From contig JBBIQN010000010.1 of NCBI GenBank assembly GCA_037442305.1, positions 394 through 64,393 of the forward strand: DNA of 64,000 nucleotides, read 5' to 3'. Under the pieces are notes generated by a model. It did not search any database, was not told the origin of the DNA, and saw only the letters and a list, made by a program, of their open reading frames with translations. Source of the DNA: Candidatus Bipolaricaulota bacterium. Lineage in GTDB: Bacteria; Bipolaricaulota; Bipolaricaulia; Bipolaricaulales; Bipolaricaulaceae. Positions 35,553 through 46,227 of the stretch are shown here, piece after piece; positions within the stretch are counted from its first letter, which is position 1, and each line of letters starts with the position of its first letter. The translations under genes were made by a program, and so were the position numbers.

Positions 35553-36048
35553 CTTCGACCTCCAGGATCTCCTCCACCGGCTTCCCCCGGCGAACGGCCA
35601 CCATCTCTGGGCTCTCCAGCTGTCGGAACCCATCCAGGGTCGCGCGGGCGAGGTTGAGCGGGTTCGTAGACCGGAGGGCTTTGGTGAGAACGTCCTTCAC
35701 GCCAGCGATACGACACACCGCACCCACGGTTCGCCCGGCGATCACCCCTGTGCCAGAATAGGCTGGACGGAGGAGCACCTTCGCCGCCCCAAACTGGCCC
35801 ACCACCTCGTGGGGGATCGTCCCGTCGCGAATGGGGACCGTCACCAAGTGCTTCATGGCGTCACGGATCGCCTGCTGAACAGCTTGAGGGATCTCCACCG
35901 ATTTGCCAACCCCCACCCCCACCCGCCCTTCGCCGTCGCCCGCCACGACTACAACGCGGAACCGGAGGCGCTTGCCGCCTTTGGTGACCTTGCCGACCCG
36001 GCGGATGTCGATGACCTCGTTCGCTGGTTGCTCTGGGTACCTCGCCAT
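35536..36048 (-). CDS. rpsE: 30S ribosomal protein S5
   Basis: KVTKGG, TIPHEV, GTGVIAG. Confidence 0.97.
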   Translation of the reverse strand: MARYPEQPANEVIDIRRVGKVTKGGKRLRFRVVVVAGDGEGRVGVGVGKSVEIPQAVQQAIRDAMKHLVTVPIRDGTIPHEVVGQFGAAKVLLRPAYSGTGVIAGRTVGAVCRIAGVKDVLTKALRSTNPLNLARATLDGFRQLESPEMVAVRRGKPVEEILEVEDVEAR

Positions 36049-36410
36049 CAGAACTCCAACCCCCCCTCCCGGGCCGCCTCGGCCAACGCGCGGACCTTGC
36101 CGTGGTAGGGATATCCGGCGCGGTCAAACACGACCTGGCCAACCCCCTCCGCTCGTGCCCGCTGTGCCACAAGCGCACCGACGGCCCGCGCCCCCTCGAC
36201 CGTGTTCTTGACCCCGCGGTCGCGGAGATCAGGACACAGCGTGGACGCCGCAGCGAGCGTCTTGCCCTTGGCATCGTCCACGATCTGAGCGTAAACGTGG
36301 TGCAGGCTCTTGTACACGCAGAGGCGCGGACGGTCCCCGGTCCCGCGAACGCGACGCGCGATGCGCGCTTTTCTCTTGAGCCGATCTTCACTACGCGTTC
36401 GTCTGGCCAT
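36048..36410 (-). CDS. rplR: 50S ribosomal protein L18
   Basis: RPRL, VVFDRAGYPYHG, AREGGLEF. Confidence 0.96.
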   Translation of the reverse strand: MARRTRSEDRLKRKARIARRVRGTGDRPRLCVYKSLHHVYAQIVDDAKGKTLAAASTLCPDLRDRGVKNTVEGARAVGALVAQRARAEGVGQVVFDRAGYPYHGKVRALAEAAREGGLEF

Positions 36411-36415
36411 CACCG

Positions 36416-36961
36416 TCACCCCTTCGCCCCCAGTTTACCCGCCTTTCGCACGACCTCCTCCCCGCGGTAGCGAATTCCCGTCCCCCGGTACGGCTCGGGT
36501 GGACGGAAGGCGCGGATGTCCGCCGCCACCTGGCCAACAAGCCGGTTGTCGATCCCTCGCACGACAATCCGAGTGGGTTCTGGAAGAGAGAACTCGATCC
36601 CGTCAGGGACCTCGTAGCGCACGGGGTGGGAGTGGCCAAGTTCCATGACGAGGGTTCGCCCCTCCGCCCGAGTGCGGTACCCCAGCCCCTGGATCTCAAG
36701 TTCTTTCTGCCATTTCTCCGTGACGCCGCGGATCATGTTTGCGATAAGGGCCCGGTACAGGCCGTGACGGGCGCGGAACGGGGCGCGCTCGGCGTTTCGC
36801 TCCACGCGGACCTGCCCCCCCGCAGCCTCGATCGTCACGAACTCCGGCTCGTAGGGACACTCCAGGGTCCCGTGGGGGCCACGGACGATGACCCGCGCCG
36901 GCTCTACCACGACCTCGACCCCTGGGGGGATAGGTATAGGGTTCTTTCCGATCTTGGACAT
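36416..36961 (-). CDS. rplF: 50S ribosomal protein L6
   Basis: MSKIGK, PPEPYRGTGIRY. Confidence 0.97.
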   Translation of the reverse strand: MSKIGKNPIPIPPGVEVVVEPARVIVRGPHGTLECPYEPEFVTIEAAGGQVRVERNAERAPFRARHGLYRALIANMIRGVTEKWQKELEIQGLGYRTRAEGRTLVMELGHSHPVRYEVPDGIEFSLPEPTRIVVRGIDNRLVGQVAADIRAFRPPEPYRGTGIRYRGEEVVRKAGKLGAKG

Positions 36962-36962
36962 C

Positions 36963-37373
36963 TCACCACACCTCGTACAGAAGCTCGCCGCCGACCCCCC
37001 GCTCCCGAGCCTGGCGACCGGTCATGATCCCTTGAGAAGTGGACAAGACGGCGGTCCCCAACCCGCCACGGGTGCTTGGGATCTCGGAGGCTGCCACGTA
37101 CACCCGCCGCGAGGGGGTGCTGACCCTACGCAACCCCCTGATCGTCGGCCGCCGGATGCGCGTCCCCTCCCGCCGGTACTTGAGACGCAGGAGCAGGGTA
37201 GGGAATGGCTGCCCCTCTTCCACTGCATAGGATTCGATGTACCCCTCCTCCGCGAGGATCCGCGCGATCTCCACCTTCATCCGCGAAGAGGGCATCGCCA
37301 CCTCGTCTTCAGACCGCGCAAGGGCATTGCGGATCCGAGCAAGCGTATCGGCAATGGGGTCGCCAACCATCAT
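36963..37373 (-). CDS. rpsH: 30S ribosomal protein S8
   Basis: DPIAD..RIRN, STSQG, GGEL..VW. Confidence 0.97.
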   Translation of the reverse strand: MMVGDPIADTLARIRNALARSEDEVAMPSSRMKVEIARILAEEGYIESYAVEEGQPFPTLLLRLKYRREGTRIRRPTIRGLRRVSTPSRRVYVAASEIPSTRGGLGTAVLSTSQGIMTGRQARERGVGGELLYEVW

Positions 37374-37383
37374 CTCAACCTCC

Positions 37384-37569
37384 TCACCAGGCAGCCTTCT
37401 TCACGCCAGGAATCTGCCCATCGAGCGCCAGTTTCCGAAAGCACAGCCGGCAGAGGCCAAAATCCCGGATGAACGCGCGCGACCGCCCGCACAGCTGGCA
37501 CCGGTTGTGCTTGCGCACCGCAAACTTGGGGCGCCGGTTTGCCTTCTCAATCATCGTCTTCCTCGCCAT
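37384..37569 (-). CDS. rpsN: 30S ribosomal protein S14, type Z
   Basis: CQLCGR...CRLCFR. Confidence 0.97.
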   Translation of the reverse strand: MARKTMIEKANRRPKFAVRKHNRCQLCGRSRAFIRDFGLCRLCFRKLALDGQIPGVKKAAW

Positions 37570-37577
37570 CTCCCCCC

Positions 37578-38111
37578 CTAGTCCTTGCGGAATGCGCAGC
37601 CCAAGGCCGAAAGAAGTGCCCTGGCCTCGCGGTCCGTCCGCGCTGTGGTCACGATCGTGATGTCCATCCCCTGAGTCCGAACCACATCGTCGTACGAGAC
37701 CTCTGGGAACACCATTTGCTCGGAAAGCCCTAGCGAAAAGTTCCCTCGCCCGTCGAACGAATCCGAGGAGACCCCCTTGAAGTCGCGGATCCCCGGAAGG
37801 GCGACGTTGAACAGCTTATGCAGGAACTCGTAGGCCCGCAGGCCACGCAGGGTCACCCGGCATCCAATGGCGTCCCCTTCCCGAATCTTGAAGTCGGAGA
37901 TTGCCCGCTTGGCCCGGGTCACCACCGGGCGCTGTCCCATGATCTGGGCCAGGTTCCTCACCGCTCCCTCAAGGACCTTGGGGTCGTCGTGCTTCCCTAC
38001 CCCCATGTTCACCACGACCTTCTCCACCTTCGGGACCTGCATCACGTTCGAAAACCCTAGCTCCTTCATGAGCCGGGGGACAATCTCCTCGCGGTAACGT
38101 GAATAGAGCAT
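37578..38111 (-). CDS. rplE: 50S ribosomal protein L5
   Basis: [21 protein letters not shown]. Confidence 0.97.
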   Translation of the reverse strand: MLYSRYREEIVPRLMKELGFSNVMQVPKVEKVVVNMGVGKHDDPKVLEGAVRNLAQIMGQRPVVTRAKRAISDFKIREGDAIGCRVTLRGLRAYEFLHKLFNVALPGIRDFKGVSSDSFDGRGNFSLGLSEQMVFPEVSYDDVVRTQGMDITIVTTARTDREARALLSALGCAFRKD

Positions 38112-38115
38112 GGCC

Positions 38116-38424
38116 TTAGAATGTCGCCCCGCACTGCTTGCACCGGCGAAGCTTCTGGCCACCCGTCACGGCCACCCCTAACCGGCTCGGCACCCCGCAC
38201 TCCGGGCACACAACCTTCACGTTGGTGAGGTGAACGGGGGACTCCCTCTTGATGATCCCTGGCTCGCGCATCGCCTGGGTCGGGCGTTGGTGTTTGGTCA
38301 CGATGTTGACCCCCTCGACCAGGACCCGCTCCCGGTCTGGAAAGACCTGGAGGACCTTGCCCACCTTCCCCTGGTCCTCGCCGGAGATCACCTTGACCCG
38401 GTCTCCTTTCCGCACCTTCCGCAT
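38116..38424 (-). CDS. rplX: 50S ribosomal protein L24
   Basis: [19 protein letters not shown]...CKQC. Confidence 0.97.
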   Translation of the reverse strand: MRKVRKGDRVKVISGEDQGKVGKVLQVFPDRERVLVEGVNIVTKHQRPTQAMREPGIIKRESPVHLTNVKVVCPECGVPSRLGVAVTGGQKLRRCKQCGATF

Positions 38425-38439
38425 CTTCCCCCCCGCTTC

Positions 38440-38802
38440 CTACACGACCTCGGGGGCAACGGAGATGATCCGCATCATCCCCCGCTCCCGCAGCTCCCGC
38501 GCTACCGGACCAAACACCCGCGTCCCCAACGGCTGGAGAGTTTTGTCCACGAGCACCACCGCGTTGTCGTCGAAGCGAATCGTGCTTCCGTCGTCGCGGC
38601 GGAACGCGACCCGCGTGCGTACCACCACCCCCCGCACGATGTTCCCCTTCGTAAACTCCGAGGTCGGAATCCGCTTCTTCACCGAGGCGACCACGATGTC
38701 GCCGATCGTGGCCTGGGACTTCTTCCCCAGCACGTTGATGCACTCCACCTCTTTGACCCCGGTGTTGTCGGCCACCACGAGCCGTGTTGTGGGAAAGATC
38801 AT
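38440..38802 (-). CDS. rplN: 50S ribosomal protein L14
   Basis: VADNTG, FDDNAVV, GTRVFGPV. Confidence 0.98.
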   Translation of the reverse strand: MIFPTTRLVVADNTGVKEVECINVLGKKSQATIGDIVVASVKKRIPTSEFTKGNIVRGVVVRTRVAFRRDDGSTIRFDDNAVVLVDKTLQPLGTRVFGPVARELRERGMMRIISVAPEVV

Positions 38803-38806
38803 GGTC

Positions 38807-39052
38807 TCACCCTTCCGCGCGGCGCACGATCTCCAAAAGCCGCCACCGTTTGAGCTTGGACAGAGGCCGCGTCTCCTCGATGCGCACGATATCCCCCACC
38901 CGCGCCTGGCCGCCCGCATCGTGGACGTAGTACTTTGTGCGCTGCTTCCGGCGCTTGTGGTAGACAGGGGCCTCGACGAGGCGCTCCTCAACCACGACGA
39001 CCGTCTTCAGCATCCGGTTGCCGATAACCCGCCCCACCCGCTGCCTACGCAT
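38807..39052 (-). CDS. rpsQ: 30S ribosomal protein S17
   Basis: KTVVV, ETRPLSKLKRW. Confidence 0.96.
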   Translation of the reverse strand: MRRQRVGRVIGNRMLKTVVVVEERLVEAPVYHKRRKQRTKYYVHDAGGQARVGDIVRIEETRPLSKLKRWRLLEIVRRAEG

Positions 39053-39236
39053 GTTCCCGTTCCTTAAGGACAGTTAGGACCCGAGCGATCTCCCGCTTCG
39101 TCTTCCCGATCTCCGCGGTGTTCGTGAGCCGGCCCGAAGTAACCTGAAATCGCAGCGTGAAAAGCTTCTTCTTGCCCTCGGCGACCCGCGCCCGAAGCTC
39201 GTCCACGGACAGCTCCCGCAGCTCCCGGGCCCTCAT
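39045..39236 (-). CDS. rpmC: 50S ribosomal protein L29
   Basis: [18 protein letters not shown]. Confidence 0.95.
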   Translation of the reverse strand: MRARELRELSVDELRARVAEGKKKLFTLRFQVTSGRLTNTAEIGKTKREIARVLTVLKEREHA

Positions 39237-39661
39237 TTCTCCCCCCCCAACTGGAACCGAGCCTTGAGCCGCGTGGGAATGGGCAGCTTGCAGGACACAC
39301 GGCGATGGATCTCTTTCGCCTCGTCCTCCGTCACACCGGAGAACTCGAACATCACCCGCCCAGGCCGGACCACCGCAACCCAGTTCTCAACCTCTCCCTT
39401 GCCTTTACCCATCCGCGACTCGGCCGCTTTCTTCGTATAGGGCTTGTCGGGGAAGATGCGCACCCAGACGCGGCCACGGTGCGTGCCACGGGCGAGGGCG
39501 GTGCGCACGGCCTCGATCTGTTGCCCCGTGATCCACGCCGGGGCGAGGGCCTGAATCCCGTACTCCCCGAACGCGACCTCCGCACCACGGCTGGCCATCC
39601 CTTTCATGCGCCCGCGGTGCTGCTTGCGGTACTTCGTGCGCTTGGGAAAGAGGGTTGGCAT
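39233..39661 (-). CDS. rplP: 50S ribosomal protein L16
   Basis: [19 protein letters not shown]. Confidence 0.98.
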   Translation of the reverse strand: MPTLFPKRTKYRKQHRGRMKGMASRGAEVAFGEYGIQALAPAWITGQQIEAVRTALARGTHRGRVWVRIFPDKPYTKKAAESRMGKGKGEVENWVAVVRPGRVMFEFSGVTEDEAKEIHRRVSCKLPIPTRLKARFQLGGEK

Positions 39662-39662
39662 C

Positions 39663-40325
39663 CTACCCTACCTTCGACCCGGAGCGGTCGGCCATGGACC
39701 AAACCTCGCCGCGGAACACCCACGCCTTGACCCCGATCACGCCGTATTTCGTCCACGCCTCAGCCAGACCGTAGTCCACATCCGCACGCAGGGTGTGCAG
39801 GGGGACCCGTCCTTCCTTCATCTCCACCGATCGCGCGATTTCGGCTCCGCCGAGCCTGCCCGAGATCCGGATCTTCGCCCCTTGGGCCCCCGCAGCAAGG
39901 ATCCGCCGGAGGGTCTCCTTCATCGCCCGGTACGGGTTGATCCTGTTTTCGATCTGGAACGCGACATCTTGGGCCACGAGCGGGGCCTCAAATTCCGGGC
40001 GCTCGACCTCCATCACCCCAATCCGCACCTCACGGCCGACCCCTTTTGACAACCGCTCCTGGAGGGCCGCGATCTCCGCCCCTCCCCGGCCGATGATGAT
40101 TCCTGGTCGGGCAGCCCGGATCGTGACCGTTACCCGCCCCTCCGTCGTCCGCTCGATGAGGGTTTCGGCAAGGCCGGCTCCCTTGTACGCCTTGTGGATC
40201 TCCGCCCGCAGGCGGTAGTCCTCGGCCACGTACTCGGGGACCCTCGCATCGGGGGCAAACCAGTTCGAGCGCCACTTCCTGAGCACCCCGATCCGGAATG
40301 CAACCGGATGTGTCTTGTGACCCAC
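39663..40325 (-). CDS. rpsC: 30S ribosomal protein S3
   Basis: [24 protein letters not shown]. Confidence 0.98.
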   Translation of the reverse strand: MGHKTHPVAFRIGVLRKWRSNWFAPDARVPEYVAEDYRLRAEIHKAYKGAGLAETLIERTTEGRVTVTIRAARPGIIIGRGGAEIAALQERLSKGVGREVRIGVMEVERPEFEAPLVAQDVAFQIENRINPYRAMKETLRRILAAGAQGAKIRISGRLGGAEIARSVEMKEGRVPLHTLRADVDYGLAEAWTKYGVIGVKAWVFRGEVWSMADRSGSKVG

Positions 40326-40327
40326 CT

Positions 40328-40669
40328 CTACTCCTCCTTCTCCGCCACAACCACGGTGATGTGAGCCATCGGCCGACGCACGATGTCCGCCCGTCCAAAC
40401 GCCCGCGGGTTGAGGCGCCGCACCCGCGGTCCCTCATCCACCACCGCCCGCACCACAGACAGCTTCTCTTCCTCGAGCTCGAAGTTGTGCTGGGCGTTGG
40501 CCACAGCTGAGTCCAGCAACTTGCGGATGAGCCGGCTCGCCTTCTTGGGGGACAACGCGAGGATGCGCCGCGCCTCGGCCACGGGCTTCCCCCGGATCTC
40601 ATTGATCACGAGCCGCGCCTTGAGGGGGGATATCCTCAGGAAACGCGCTTTGGCGATTGCCTCTCTCAT
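40328..40669 (-). CDS. rplV: 50S ribosomal protein L22
   Basis: RISPLKAR, SAVANA, PRAFGRA. Confidence 0.97.
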   Translation of the reverse strand: MREAIAKARFLRISPLKARLVINEIRGKPVAEARRILALSPKKASRLIRKLLDSAVANAQHNFELEEEKLSVVRAVVDEGPRVRRLNPRAFGRADIVRRPMAHITVVVAEKEE

Positions 40670-40682
40670 CGGATCACCCCGC

Positions 40683-40964
40683 TCACTTCGGCACCACGGC
40701 CTTCTTCTTCACGCCGCCGTGGCCGCGGAACACACGGGTGGGAGCGAATTCCCCCAGGCGATGTCCGATCATGGCTTCCGTCACCCGGACCGGGACGTGG
40801 GTGCGGCCGTTGTGGACCCGGATCGTGATCCCCACCATCTCCGGCGTGATCATCGAGCTGCGAGCCCAGGTGGTGATCTCCTTGATCTCCCCCCGCTTGA
40901 GCTTCGCAAGCTTCTCCTGCACGTCAGGGGCCACGTAGGGTCCCTTCTTGCTCGAACGGGCCAT
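40683..40964 (-). CDS. rpsS: 30S ribosomal protein S19
   Basis: [18 protein letters not shown]. Confidence 0.98.
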   Translation of the reverse strand: MARSSKKGPYVAPDVQEKLAKLKRGEIKEITTWARSSMITPEMVGITIRVHNGRTHVPVRVTEAMIGHRLGEFAPTRVFRGHGGVKKKAVVPK

Positions 40965-40965
40965 C

Positions 40966-41787
40966 TCACTTCCTCCTCTTGAGGATCAGGCTGTCGCTTG
41001 ATTTCGTCTTGCGTGTGGGAACACCGCGGGCAAGCTTCCCCCACGGGGTCTTCGACGGCCGGCCTTCCCCGGTCCGTCCCTCCCCTCCGCCATGAGGGTG
41101 GTCGTCCGCGCCCATCGCCACCCCCCGCACCTTCGGCCTCCGGCCGAGGTGACGGACCCGGCCCGCCTTCCCGTGCCGCACGTTCTTGTGATCGAGGTTC
41201 GACACCCGACCAATTGTCGCCCAGCACCGAAGGTCAAACACCCGGATTTCTCCTGATGGGAGGCGGAGGATCGCCCGATCCTCTTCCCGGCCGAGCAGCT
41301 GGGCCGCTGTTCCCGCCGCCCGGGCCACCTTCCCCCGCGAACCAGGGCGGAGTTCCACGTTGTGCACGAATGTACCCGCGGGAATGCGCTCCAACGGAAG
41401 GGCATTGCCCACCTTGGGCTCAGCGTTCTCGCCCGCCTCGACCGTGTCGCCGACCTGGAGCTCCACCGGAGCGAGGATGTACCGCTTCTCCCCGTCCGCG
41501 TAGTGAAGGAGGGTGATCCACGCCGAGCGGTTGGGGTCATACTCCACCGCCGCCACCCTCGCCGGAACGCCCCGCTTGTCGCGAGCGAAGTCCACCCACC
41601 GGTACCGCCGCCTGTGGCCGCTTCCGCGGTGCCGCGAGGTGATTCGGCCTTGGCTATTGCGCCCCACGCTGCGGTGGAGAGGAACAAGGAGACCCTTCTC
41701 CGGCTCATCCCGCGTGAGCTCTGCATGGTCGGGGAGAACGGCATGGCGCTGCCCTGGCGTGACCGGTCTAAGCTTCTTTAGGCCCAT
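40966..41787 (-). CDS. rplB: 50S ribosomal protein L2
   Basis: [17 protein letters not shown]. Confidence 0.98.
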   Translation of the reverse strand: MGLKKLRPVTPGQRHAVLPDHAELTRDEPEKGLLVPLHRSVGRNSQGRITSRHRGSGHRRRYRWVDFARDKRGVPARVAAVEYDPNRSAWITLLHYADGEKRYILAPVELQVGDTVEAGENAEPKVGNALPLERIPAGTFVHNVELRPGSRGKVARAAGTAAQLLGREEDRAILRLPSGEIRVFDLRCWATIGRVSNLDHKNVRHGKAGRVRHLGRRPKVRGVAMGADDHPHGGGEGRTGEGRPSKTPWGKLARGVPTRKTKSSDSLILKRRK

Positions 41788-41794
41788 ACCCACC

Positions 41795-42088
41795 TCACCC
41801 CACGAGGTCGATCTTGTGGCCAGGGGCGAGCCTGACCACAGCCCGCCGCTCGGCCCGCGTGCGCCCATGGCGCCGGTCCAGCCGCGTGCGCCGCGGCTTC
41901 CCAGACCGGTTCATGACCCATACCCGTTCCACCTTGACCCCAAACAGCCCCTCCACTGCGGTCCGAATCTCGGCCTTACCCGCCGTGGCCGAAACCTCGA
42001 ACGTGTATTTCCCTTCTTCCATTCCCCGCCAGGTCTTCTCGGAGAGAACCGGGCGCACAACGATGTCCTCGAGATGCTTCTCACCCAT
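41795..42088 (-). CDS. rplW: 50S ribosomal protein L23
   Basis: PVLSEK, YTFEV, LFGVKV. Confidence 0.95.
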   Translation of the reverse strand: MGEKHLEDIVVRPVLSEKTWRGMEEGKYTFEVSATAGKAEIRTAVEGLFGVKVERVWVMNRSGKPRRTRLDRRHGRTRAERRAVVRLAPGHKIDLVG

Positions 42089-42722
42089 GGCTCAACCGCC
42101 TTTCCAAGGCCTGGACTGCCTGCTCGGTGAGAAGAACCCCCTCCGAGCTCAAGACATCGTACGCCGTGAGCGCATCGGCGCGGACGCAGTTCGCGCCGGG
42201 GATGTTGCTAAATGATCTCGCCACGGGGATCGTGTACTCCTCCGGAGCGACAACAACGAGCGTCTTTGGAGGGCACGAGAGGCGGGCGAGAAGCGCGATC
42301 GCCTCCTTCGTCCGCGGTCGGGGGAATTCCAGCCGGTCGATGACCCAAACCCTCTCCTCCTGGCAGCGCGCCGAAAGGGCCCCCGCAAGGGCTTTGCGGC
42401 GCATGCGCACCGGAAGGGCAAGCGACCATTCCCGCGGCTGGGGACCAAACGTCACGCCGCCATGGCGCCAGATCGGCGACCGTGTTGAGCCGTGACGCGC
42501 CCGCCCCGTGTGCTTCTGAGCCCACGGCTTCTTCCCTCCCCCGGAGACCTCCCCGCGGGTCTTCGTCGCCGCTGTTCCCTGCCGACGATTCAGAAGCTCG
42601 ACCCGCACCGCCCGGTAGAGGAGGTCCCCCGACGCCTCTAGGCCGAACACGGCCTCAGGGAGGGAAACCGGGACCGACTTCCGTTTGGGATCACTGAAGC
42701 AATGATAGGGCACGCTAGGCAT
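42081..42722 (-). CDS. rplD: 50S ribosomal protein L4
   Basis: KPWAQKHTGRARHGS, GGVTFGP. Confidence 0.97.
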   Translation of the reverse strand: MPSVPYHCFSDPKRKSVPVSLPEAVFGLEASGDLLYRAVRVELLNRRQGTAATKTRGEVSGGGKKPWAQKHTGRARHGSTRSPIWRHGGVTFGPQPREWSLALPVRMRRKALAGALSARCQEERVWVIDRLEFPRPRTKEAIALLARLSCPPKTLVVVAPEEYTIPVARSFSNIPGANCVRADALTAYDVLSSEGVLLTEQAVQALERRLSHG

Positions 42723-43335
42723 GGTGCTTCCTTATCCGGAGGGTGCCCGAGCGAAAGCCCGGGACGGACCCCCGGACCACAAGGAGCCCTCGACTTGGAT
42801 CCACCGTCAACACGGTTAGGTTCCGCACCGTAACCCGGTCCACTCCGTCGTGACCGGGGTACTTCCGTCCCTTGACGACCTTTCCCAATCCTCGCCCGGC
42901 CGCGCCCGGCCGCCGGAACCACTTGTGACCATGAGACCGCGGGCGGGAGTGGAATCCCCATCGCTTGATGGTCCCCTGGAATCCACGCCCTTTCGAAATC
43001 CCGGTGATGTCCACCTTCTCCCCCACAACAAACGCCTCCACCCCCACCTCCGTTCCCGGGGAGAAACCTGCTGGATCCTCCACCCGGACCTCGTAAAGGT
43101 GTTTGCGCGGGGAAAGCCCGAGCTTCTGGAACTGGCCCAGCACCGGTCGCTTCACTTTGCGCGGGGCGACCTCACCGGCAGCCCATTGAACCGCCGCATA
43201 TCCATGGCGCTCGGGGGTTCTGGCGGCCACGACCACCGCTCGCTCGACCTCGATGACGGTCGCGGCGACCGCCCGCCCTCCCTCGTCGAACCATTGGGTC
43301 ATTCCGATCTTGCGCCCGATCAGTTCCAGTGCCAT
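42715..43335 (-). CDS. rplC: 50S ribosomal protein L3
   Basis: GRKIGMTQ, SKGRGFQG, GSVPG. Confidence 0.97.
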   Translation of the reverse strand: MALELIGRKIGMTQWFDEGGRAVAATVIEVERAVVVAARTPERHGYAAVQWAAGEVAPRKVKRPVLGQFQKLGLSPRKHLYEVRVEDPAGFSPGTEVGVEAFVVGEKVDITGISKGRGFQGTIKRWGFHSRPRSHGHKWFRRPGAAGRGLGKVVKGRKYPGHDGVDRVTVRNLTVLTVDPSRGLLVVRGSVPGFRSGTLRIRKHHA

Positions 43336-43343
43336 GGTTGGCC

Positions 43344-43652
43344 TCACAGCTTGATCTCGATGTCGATCCCCGTGGGGAGCTCCACTTCCATGAGCGCGTT
43401 GATCGTGGCGGCGGTGGGTTCCTTGATGTCGATCAACCTCCGGTGGACCTTCCGCTCGAAGTGTTCCATGGATCGTTTGTCAACGTGAGGAGAGCGGAGG
43501 ACGGCGTACAGGCGCCGCTCGGTGGGGAGCGGGATCGGCCCACTCACCTTGGCCCGGCTCGCCACGGCCGTATCCACGATCTTGCGCACCGCGACGTCCA
43601 CGAGCTCGTGGTCGTAGCTCTGCACCTTGATCCTGATCTTCTCTCTAGCCAT
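43344..43652 (-). CDS. rpsJ: 30S ribosomal protein S10
   Basis: GPIPLPT, RSPHVDK, HRRLIDI. Confidence 0.98.
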   Translation of the reverse strand: MAREKIRIKVQSYDHELVDVAVRKIVDTAVASRAKVSGPIPLPTERRLYAVLRSPHVDKRSMEHFERKVHRRLIDIKEPTAATINALMEVELPTGIDIEIKL

Positions 43653-45726
43653 CGTACCCTCGACTCCTCAGCACCTCACGAGCAATTCCCTCGGGCACCG
43701 CGTCATGTCGCGTCACCCGAAGGGTGTGAACCGCACGCCCTTGTGTTAGGGACCTCAACTGGGTGGCGTACCCGAAGGTTTCCCCCAGGGGAATGGAACA
43801 TCGCACAACCTCCACCACCCCCCGGGTGTGTATGGACTGGATCTCGCCTCTGCGGCGGCCCAGATCCGAGACCACCTCACCGAGGTACTCGGTGGGCGTG
43901 ATTATATCGCCCTCGGCAACCGGTTCCAGGAGGAGCACCCCCCCCTCTTCAAGTGCTCGGCGCAACGCTTTCGTTCCGCACGCCTCAAACGCCTCCTCAG
44001 ACGAATCCACGGGATGGGCGTGCCCACCCTGGAGGATCGCCCGCAGGTCAGTCACGGGAAAGCCGCCGACCGGGCTTGCCCCTAGCCCTCCCTCGATCCC
44101 TCGCCGCGCCGCCGCGACGTATTCCGGCGGGAGTCCCTCGGAAGGAACCCTCGCCTGGAACTCAAACTCCGCCCCGCGGGGAAGGGGTTCAAACCGCACC
44201 ATGATCTTCGCGTACTGCCTCCGCCCAGCGAGTACCTGTTCCCATTCCTCGGCCACATCCACCGCCCGAGCCAGCGCTTCACGGTAGGCCACGATGGGGT
44301 TTCCCACCCGATGGGCAACTCCAAATTCCTCACGCACCCGTCGCAATTGGACATCGAGCTGCAGCTCCCCCATCCCCCCCACGAGAAGCTGGCCGGTCGC
44401 CTCATCGTCGCGGACCTGGAACGTGGGGTCCTCTTGGGCGATTCGCCCCAACGCCTCGCGCAGCGCGGCCTCCTCGCGCTCGGACCGGGGCTCGACGGCG
44501 AGAAACACCACCGGCTCCGGGAACGCGATCCGTTCCAGAAGGATGGGATGGTCCGGATCGGAGAGCGTCTCGCCGGTGAACACAGGGCCAGAGGCGATCA
44601 CCCCCAGTATGTCTCCCGCCCCAGCCCGATCCAGGCGCTCCCGCCGGTTGGCGTGGAGGCGAAACAGGCGCACCAGGCGCACCTTGCGCCCAGAGGTTGT
44701 GTTGAGGACAGTATCGCCTTCCACCACCTTCCCCGAGTAGACGCGCGTGTAGAGAAGCCGCTCGGCGTAGGGATCGCTTGCCACCTTGAACACGAGGGCC
44801 GAGAACGGCTCTTCGGCAGATGACCGACGGGTTTCGGCCTCACCGCGGGGGGAGAAGCCGTGAAGGGGGGGAACTTCTTCTGGCGAGGGGAGAAAGTCCA
44901 CCACTGCATCCAGCACCGGTTGGACGCCGATGTTCTCCAGAACGGCTCCTCCGAGAACGGGCACCCACAGGTGGTGGATCGCCGCGGCGCGGATCGCCGC
45001 GAGAACATCCGGACGGGGTAGATCCTCGCCAGCGAGATACCGCTCCGCCACTCCGTCCGAAAGCTCGGCCAGCTTCTCCACCAGGCGCTCCCGCCACCAC
45101 TCCGCTTCGGCTGTGGCGTCGTTGGGAATGGGCAGCACCTCCATCGTCCGTCCCAGCTCCTCTCCCTTCCAGCGCAGGGCAGCCCAGCGAACGAGGTCGA
45201 TCATGCCCAGAAGCTTCCCTTCTCCATCGCGCCACGGAACGACCAGGGGGAGGGGCGTTGCTCCAAGCTTGTCCACCATGTCCTGAACGGCCCCCACGAA
45301 ATCGGATCCCGCCCGATCGAGCTTGTTCACGAACGCAATCCGCGGCACACGGTACCGATCCGCCTGGCGCCACACCGCTTCTGATTGGGACTCCACTCCC
45401 TCCACCCCGGAGAGAAGGACCACCGCTCCGTCGAGGACCCGGAGGCTCCGCTCGACCTCGGCCGTGAAGTCCACGTGGCCCGGGGTGTCGATGATGTTGA
45501 TCGCGTGCTCGTTCCACTCCACCGTGGTCGCCGCAGCGGTGATCGTGATCCCCCGTTCCCGTTCCTGATCCATCCAGTCCATCTCCGTGGCCCCGTCGTG
45601 AACCTCTCCCATGCGATGGATTTTCCCAGTGTAGTAGAGGATTCTCTCGGTGAGCGTGGTCTTGCCAGCGTCGATGTGGGCGATCACGCCGATGTTGCGG
45701 ATTTGACGCATGTCATACCCCGCCAT
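43645..45726 (-). CDS. fusA: Elongation factor G (divergent domain IV)
   Basis: AHIDAGKTT, ERGITI, DTPGHVDF, NKLD, GMGEL. Confidence 0.95.
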   Translation of the reverse strand: MAGYDMRQIRNIGVIAHIDAGKTTLTERILYYTGKIHRMGEVHDGATEMDWMDQERERGITITAAATTVEWNEHAINIIDTPGHVDFTAEVERSLRVLDGAVVLLSGVEGVESQSEAVWRQADRYRVPRIAFVNKLDRAGSDFVGAVQDMVDKLGATPLPLVVPWRDGEGKLLGMIDLVRWAALRWKGEELGRTMEVLPIPNDATAEAEWWRERLVEKLAELSDGVAERYLAGEDLPRPDVLAAIRAAAIHHLWVPVLGGAVLENIGVQPVLDAVVDFLPSPEEVPPLHGFSPRGEAETRRSSAEEPFSALVFKVASDPYAERLLYTRVYSGKVVEGDTVLNTTSGRKVRLVRLFRLHANRRERLDRAGAGDILGVIASGPVFTGETLSDPDHPILLERIAFPEPVVFLAVEPRSEREEAALREALGRIAQEDPTFQVRDDEATGQLLVGGMGELQLDVQLRRVREEFGVAHRVGNPIVAYREALARAVDVAEEWEQVLAGRRQYAKIMVRFEPLPRGAEFEFQARVPSEGLPPEYVAAARRGIEGGLGASPVGGFPVTDLRAILQGGHAHPVDSSEEAFEACGTKALRRALEEGGVLLLEPVAEGDIITPTEYLGEVVSDLGRRRGEIQSIHTRGVVEVVRCSIPLGETFGYATQLRSLTQGRAVHTLRVTRHDAVPEGIAREVLRSRGYDG

Positions 45727-45753
45727 CGGTGCGCCCCTGAACCACGGGGAAGA

Positions 45754-46227
45754 CTACCAGCGGTAGTGAGCGAACGCGCGGTTCGCCTCGGCCATGCGGT
45801 GAGCTTCCTGCTTCTTTTGGTAGGCCCCACCCTCTCCGCGGGCCGCGGCAGCGATCTCGCCGGCCAACCGCTCGGACATCGTCCGCTCGGAACGAGCCCG
45901 CGCCGCCTGGACAAGCCACCGCAGGGCGAGCATGGTCTGCCGGTGGGCCGGTACCTCGAACGGAACTTGGTACGCCGCGCCACCCACCCGACGAGAGCGG
46001 ACCTCGATCTTGGGCATGCAGTTCTGGACAGCCTTGAGGAACGTATCGAGCGCCGGCCCCTCGCCCCGGCGGTCGAGGAGGTCGAACGCCTCGTACACCG
46101 TACGGCGGGTGAGCGATTTCTTCCCATCCCACATCACATAGTTGATGAACTTCTCCACGAGCTTGGACCCTTGGCGGACATCCGCCGCGACGTCCCGACC
46201 CGGTATCACAACGTCGAACGTGGGCAC
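45754..46227 (-). CDS. rpsG: 30S ribosomal protein S7
   Basis: DGKKS, RRVGGAAYQVP, MAEANRAFAHYRW. Confidence 0.98.
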   Translation of the reverse strand: MPTFDVVIPGRDVAADVRQGSKLVEKFINYVMWDGKKSLTRRTVYEAFDLLDRRGEGPALDTFLKAVQNCMPKIEVRSRRVGGAAYQVPFEVPAHRQTMLALRWLVQAARARSERTMSERLAGEIAAAARGEGGAYQKKQEAHRMAEANRAFAHYRW

